Shown in pieces: positions 61,232 through 64,000 of a stretch of DNA of 64,000 nt. A program made the position numbers and the translations under genes. The stretch comes from Microcoleaceae cyanobacterium. GTDB taxonomy: Bacteria > Cyanobacteriota > Cyanobacteriia > Cyanobacteriales > Microcoleaceae. The stretch lies in assembly GCA_051652765.1 (NCBI GenBank), contig JBOFUV010000097.1, positions 32,001-96,000 on the forward strand, written 5' to 3'. The notes below the pieces were generated by a model. It worked only from the letters and a program-made list of their open reading frames with translations. It was not told the origin of the DNA and did not search any database. How positions within the stretch are numbered: the first letter of the stretch is position 1; each line of letters opens with the position of its first letter.

Positions 61232-62497
61232 TCACACGAGTTGAGCTAGGGCTGCTCCTAAGGCTTGAATCCCTTGATCAACCTCTGCTTCGGTGACAAT
61301 CAATGGCGGCACAAATCGGACAACCTTTGGCCCAGCCGGAACTAGCAGTAACCCTTTTGTCATCGCAACTCCGACAATTTCTGGAGCCGTCAGTTCAGCC
61401 TCATCCCTAAGTACCAAGCCATTGATCAAGCCCCAACCTCGAACTTCACTAATCAGGCTTGGGTATTTGCTAGCAAAAGTTTGCAATTGCTGACGCAGTT
61501 GTTCTCCTCGCTGTTGGACATTCTGTAACAGGTTCTCTTGTTCCAGAGTTTGGCACACGGCCAAAGCTACGGCACAAGCAAAAGGATTCCCCCCAAAGGT
61601 ACTGGCGTGATTCCCAGGTTCAAACACATCACAGGATGCCTTGCACAACAACGCCCCGATGGGAATTCCGCCGCCCAAGCCCTTGGCCGAGGTAAAGAGA
61701 TCAGGTTCAATGCCTAGGTTCTCATAGCCCCAAAGTTGACCACTCCGACCCATGCCCACCTGAACCTCATCCAAAATCAGCAGAATCCCCTTCTCATTGC
61801 AGATCTGCCGTACCCGTTGAAAATAGGCCAAATCACCTGGACGAACGCCCCCTTCCCCTTGAAGAGCTTCCAGCATAATTGCAGCCACTTGGCGTTGGTG
61901 CTGATCGAGGTCAGCAATTGTGGCTTCAAGGGCATCAATATCGTTGTAGGGAACGTAGGCAAAACCAGGAACGAGGGGACTGAATCCTTTATGATACTTG
62001 GGTTGCCCGGTGGCTGTAACCGTTGCTAGGGTTCGTCCATGGAAACTGGCATGGGCTGTTAGAATCACGGGATTCTCAATGCCTAGTTTCTCGTGGGCAT
62101 ATTTGCGAGCCAGCTTAATCGCCCCTTCATTGGCTTCTGCACCGGAATTACAGAAGAACACTTTATCAGCACAGGAATGGGCCGTGAGCCACTTGGCCAG
62201 TGCTCCCTGCTCCCGAGTGTAGTAGAGATTAGAGACATGGTGTAGGGTATTGATCTGACGGGTGACAGCTGCAACTAAAGCGGGGTGAGCATGTCCCAAG
62301 GTACAGGTTGCAATTCCTGCCACGAAGTCCAAGTAGGGTTTCCCCTCCGTATCCCAGACCCAACATCCGACTCCTCGCTCTAACGCAATTGGAAACCGCG
62401 CGTAGGTTGTCATTACAGAGGCGTTGAAGTCATCCTGATCAAAGGGTAGAGACTCAACAGCAGGAACAGGAAGTTTAACCAAGGTTTCTGGACTCAC
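61232..62497 (-). CDS. argD: acetylornithine aminotransferase
   Basis: YLDFVAGIA..LGH, FFCNSGAEANE, FHGRT, DEVQ.G.GRSG, AKGLGGG; GTG 62497 follows GAGGA. Confidence 0.93.
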   Translation of the reverse strand: MSPETLVKLPVPAVESLPFDQDDFNASVMTTYARFPIALERGVGCWVWDTEGKPYLDFVAGIATCTLGHAHPALVAAVTRQINTLHHVSNLYYTREQGALAKWLTAHSCADKVFFCNSGAEANEGAIKLARKYAHEKLGIENPVILTAHASFHGRTLATVTATGQPKYHKGFSPLVPGFAYVPYNDIDALEATIADLDQHQRQVAAIMLEALQGEGGVRPGDLAYFQRVRQICNEKGILLILDEVQVGMGRSGQLWGYENLGIEPDLFTSAKGLGGGIPIGALLCKASCDVFEPGNHASTFGGNPFACAVALAVCQTLEQENLLQNVQQRGEQLRQQLQTFASKYPSLISEVRGWGLINGLVLRDEAELTAPEIVGVAMTKGLLLVPAGPKVVRFVPPLIVTEAEVDQGIQALGAALAQLV

Positions 62498-62600
62498 GGG
62501 CAATTCCTCAACAACTGATCTAAACGGTTTTGGCCTGAATAATTTCGTTGCCCTTTATCTTAAAGGAAAAATCCAAGTTCGGGGTGTTGAATCTGTGACG

Positions 62601-62633
62601 TTTCTCAGACATTTCTTAGACATTTCTCAGACG
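62601..62633. repeat. 3 x 11-bp direct repeat upstream of argD
   Basis: TTTCTCAGACA, TTTCTTAGACA, TTTCTCAGACG. Confidence 0.8.
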
Positions 62634-62762
62634 TTCTTCATCTGAGTGAAGCCTGTAGAGTTAGTGCTGTACTTGGAAGTCGCTGTTTCCTAATGCCTTG
62701 CCCCTGATCAGATGGCGCGGTTCCACCCTCGTTGTTCCAGAGTTCGGGTAACGTATGAATTC

Positions 62763-62809
62763 AAAAATAACCCCCGCTTACGCTAACGCACAGCATAAAC
62801 ACGGGGCTT
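62763..62809 (-). terminator. probable terminator downstream of psb30
   Basis: Minus strand AAGCCCC.GTTTATGCT/AGCGTAAGC.GGGGGTT then ATTTTT. Confidence 0.55.
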
Positions 62810-62928
62810 TTCAGCTCACAGCCCACTCCATCTCCTTTCTGAATGTGGAAAGTTCTGAATGGGGAGAATTTTGCCTCCGCTGTGATCAAACTACGACTGT
62901 CAATGAACTCTTCCCAGGGAAATTGAAC

Positions 62929-63081
62929 TTACAGATCTCCACCCCGAAAAGCCAGCAAAACTACAACCACAGGGCCAGCAATCACGATCAACGCTAACAT
63001 GGTGAGCTGAGCAATGAGTTCAAAATTGACATTGCTGAATATATCAGCAAAGTTACTGAGCAAATTAGTAATAAAGTCCAT
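62929..63081 (-). CDS. psb30: photosystem II protein Psb30 (Ycf12)
   Basis: Not in ORF track; [57 protein letters not shown]. Confidence 0.95.
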   Translation of the reverse strand: MDFITNLLSNFADIFSNVNFELIAQLTMLALIVIAGPVVVVLLAFRGGDL

Positions 63082-63294
63082 TTTTCCTCCCAAAATATGA
63101 CCCAAAAGCCCTGGATTTACTCCAGATTACTAGAACCAACAGTAGATCCTACAGGCGATCGCAATGGTTTCTAAGAATTTTCACAAAATGCAACAGAGGG
63201 TTGGGCAAGGCTGCGATCACTGGAATTTATGAGCTACGGAATAGCGATAAAATGACTAGCAACTTGCTAAAAACCGGCCCCTAAGCCTGTAACC

Positions 63295-64000
63295 ATGTCC
63301 TCAACATCATCGTCCCCAACATCATCCCCGGCTTCACTAGACCGCATTGCTTTTTGGGCATTGTGTCTTGCCCTATTCGTGATTTCTTACAACATTAGTG
63401 TCATACCGCCGATTATGCCCTTGCTGGTGCGGGACTTGGACTCAAGCATGGGCTATATTCAGATTGTCATTGTCTTGTTTTCTTTGGTGACGGCCTCTTT
63501 TTCGCCAACCTGTGAAAACCTCTGTCGCTTCTACGGTCGGGAACAGGTATTTTTGACTGGATTAGTCTTTTATGGCTTAGGAATTCTCTGGACAGCGATG
63601 AGTTCGACAATTGGCGTGCTGGTTGTTGGTTTTTCATTCCTGACTGGATTGGCTGCGACCCCTTTGGTGAGCGAACCCTGGGCGATCATGGATCTGGCCT
63701 ATGAGGGGAAAGCAGAAAAACGAGCGACTCTGGCCCTGATTTTGTTCTCTACCTGTGGTGGATTGGCTGGATCAATTCTAGGAGGGTTTATTGCTTCTAA
63801 GGTGGGTTGGCGTTGGGCGTTTATGCCTTCTTTATTAATCCTAGTCTTTGTGGCGGTTGGGGCAAGAAAGTTGCCGCCTAGTCCAGTCGTTCGTACAGAT
63901 CCGATTGATTGGATTGGTGGATTGTTGTCTTTGCTTGGATTGGGGTCAATTCTTATGGGGATTAGTCTGGCTGGAGAATATGGCTGGTGGTTCCCCAAAG
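63295..64000 (+). CDS. MFS transporter, truncated by window end
   Basis: Not in track; open frame from ATG 63295 with multiple TM segments, GGFIASKVGWRWAF and DWIGGLLS motifs. Confidence 0.85.
   Translation, partial: MSSTSSSPTSSPASLDRIAFWALCLALFVISYNISVIPPIMPLLVRDLDSSMGYIQIVIVLFSLVTASFSPTCENLCRFYGREQVFLTGLVFYGLGILWTAMSSTIGVLVVGFSFLTGLAATPLVSEPWAIMDLAYEGKAEKRATLALILFSTCGGLAGSILGGFIASKVGWRWAFMPSLLILVFVAVGARKLPPSPVVRTDPIDWIGGLLSLLGLGSILMGISLAGEYGWWFPK

Noticed and set aside
62716..62735. T-box-like sequence (minus strand AACGAGGGTGGAACCGCG) upstream of argD
   Set aside because: No downstream CG(T)CCC to close an antiterminator, no terminator after it, no convincing Stem I, and the psb30 terminator lies directly upstream. 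Likely chance; an Infernal T-box scan would settle it.
62755..62997. 80-aa + strand ORF
   Set aside because: Overlaps psb30 and its terminator on the opposite strand; no recognisable motifs.

Overview
Cyanobacterial chromosomal DNA: HIP1 octamers (GCGATCGC) are frequent, and the window carries photosynthesis and alkane genes (psbM, psb30, ldpA, ado/aar) and housekeeping genes (dapL, tsaE, queA, rnc, pyrR, fni, lepB, pntAB, gltX, argD). The ORF track misses four real genes: a >1016-codon CyRepA1-type primase/helicase replication protein running off the left edge (3050 to <1, minus strand), psbM, psb30, and an MFS transporter running off the right edge. The most striking observation is three NrdR-box-like palindromes, spaced 32 and 41 bp, directly over the translation start region of the chromosome-resident CyRepA1 gene, with a structured hairpin just upstream. 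This suggests a domesticated replication initiator under dNTP-sensing control (inference). Also notable are gltX followed 26 bp later by a stand-alone CAAD/CurT gene, an internally deleted BgtB-like ABC transporter remnant, a sigma-like/DUF1822 pair, a cyanoexosortase A locus, an orphan C5 methyltransferase, TATAGC-ended MITEs and many short tandem duplications. No CRISPR array, rRNA, tRNA or transposase was recognised. All family calls are from motif recognition by eye, not database searches.
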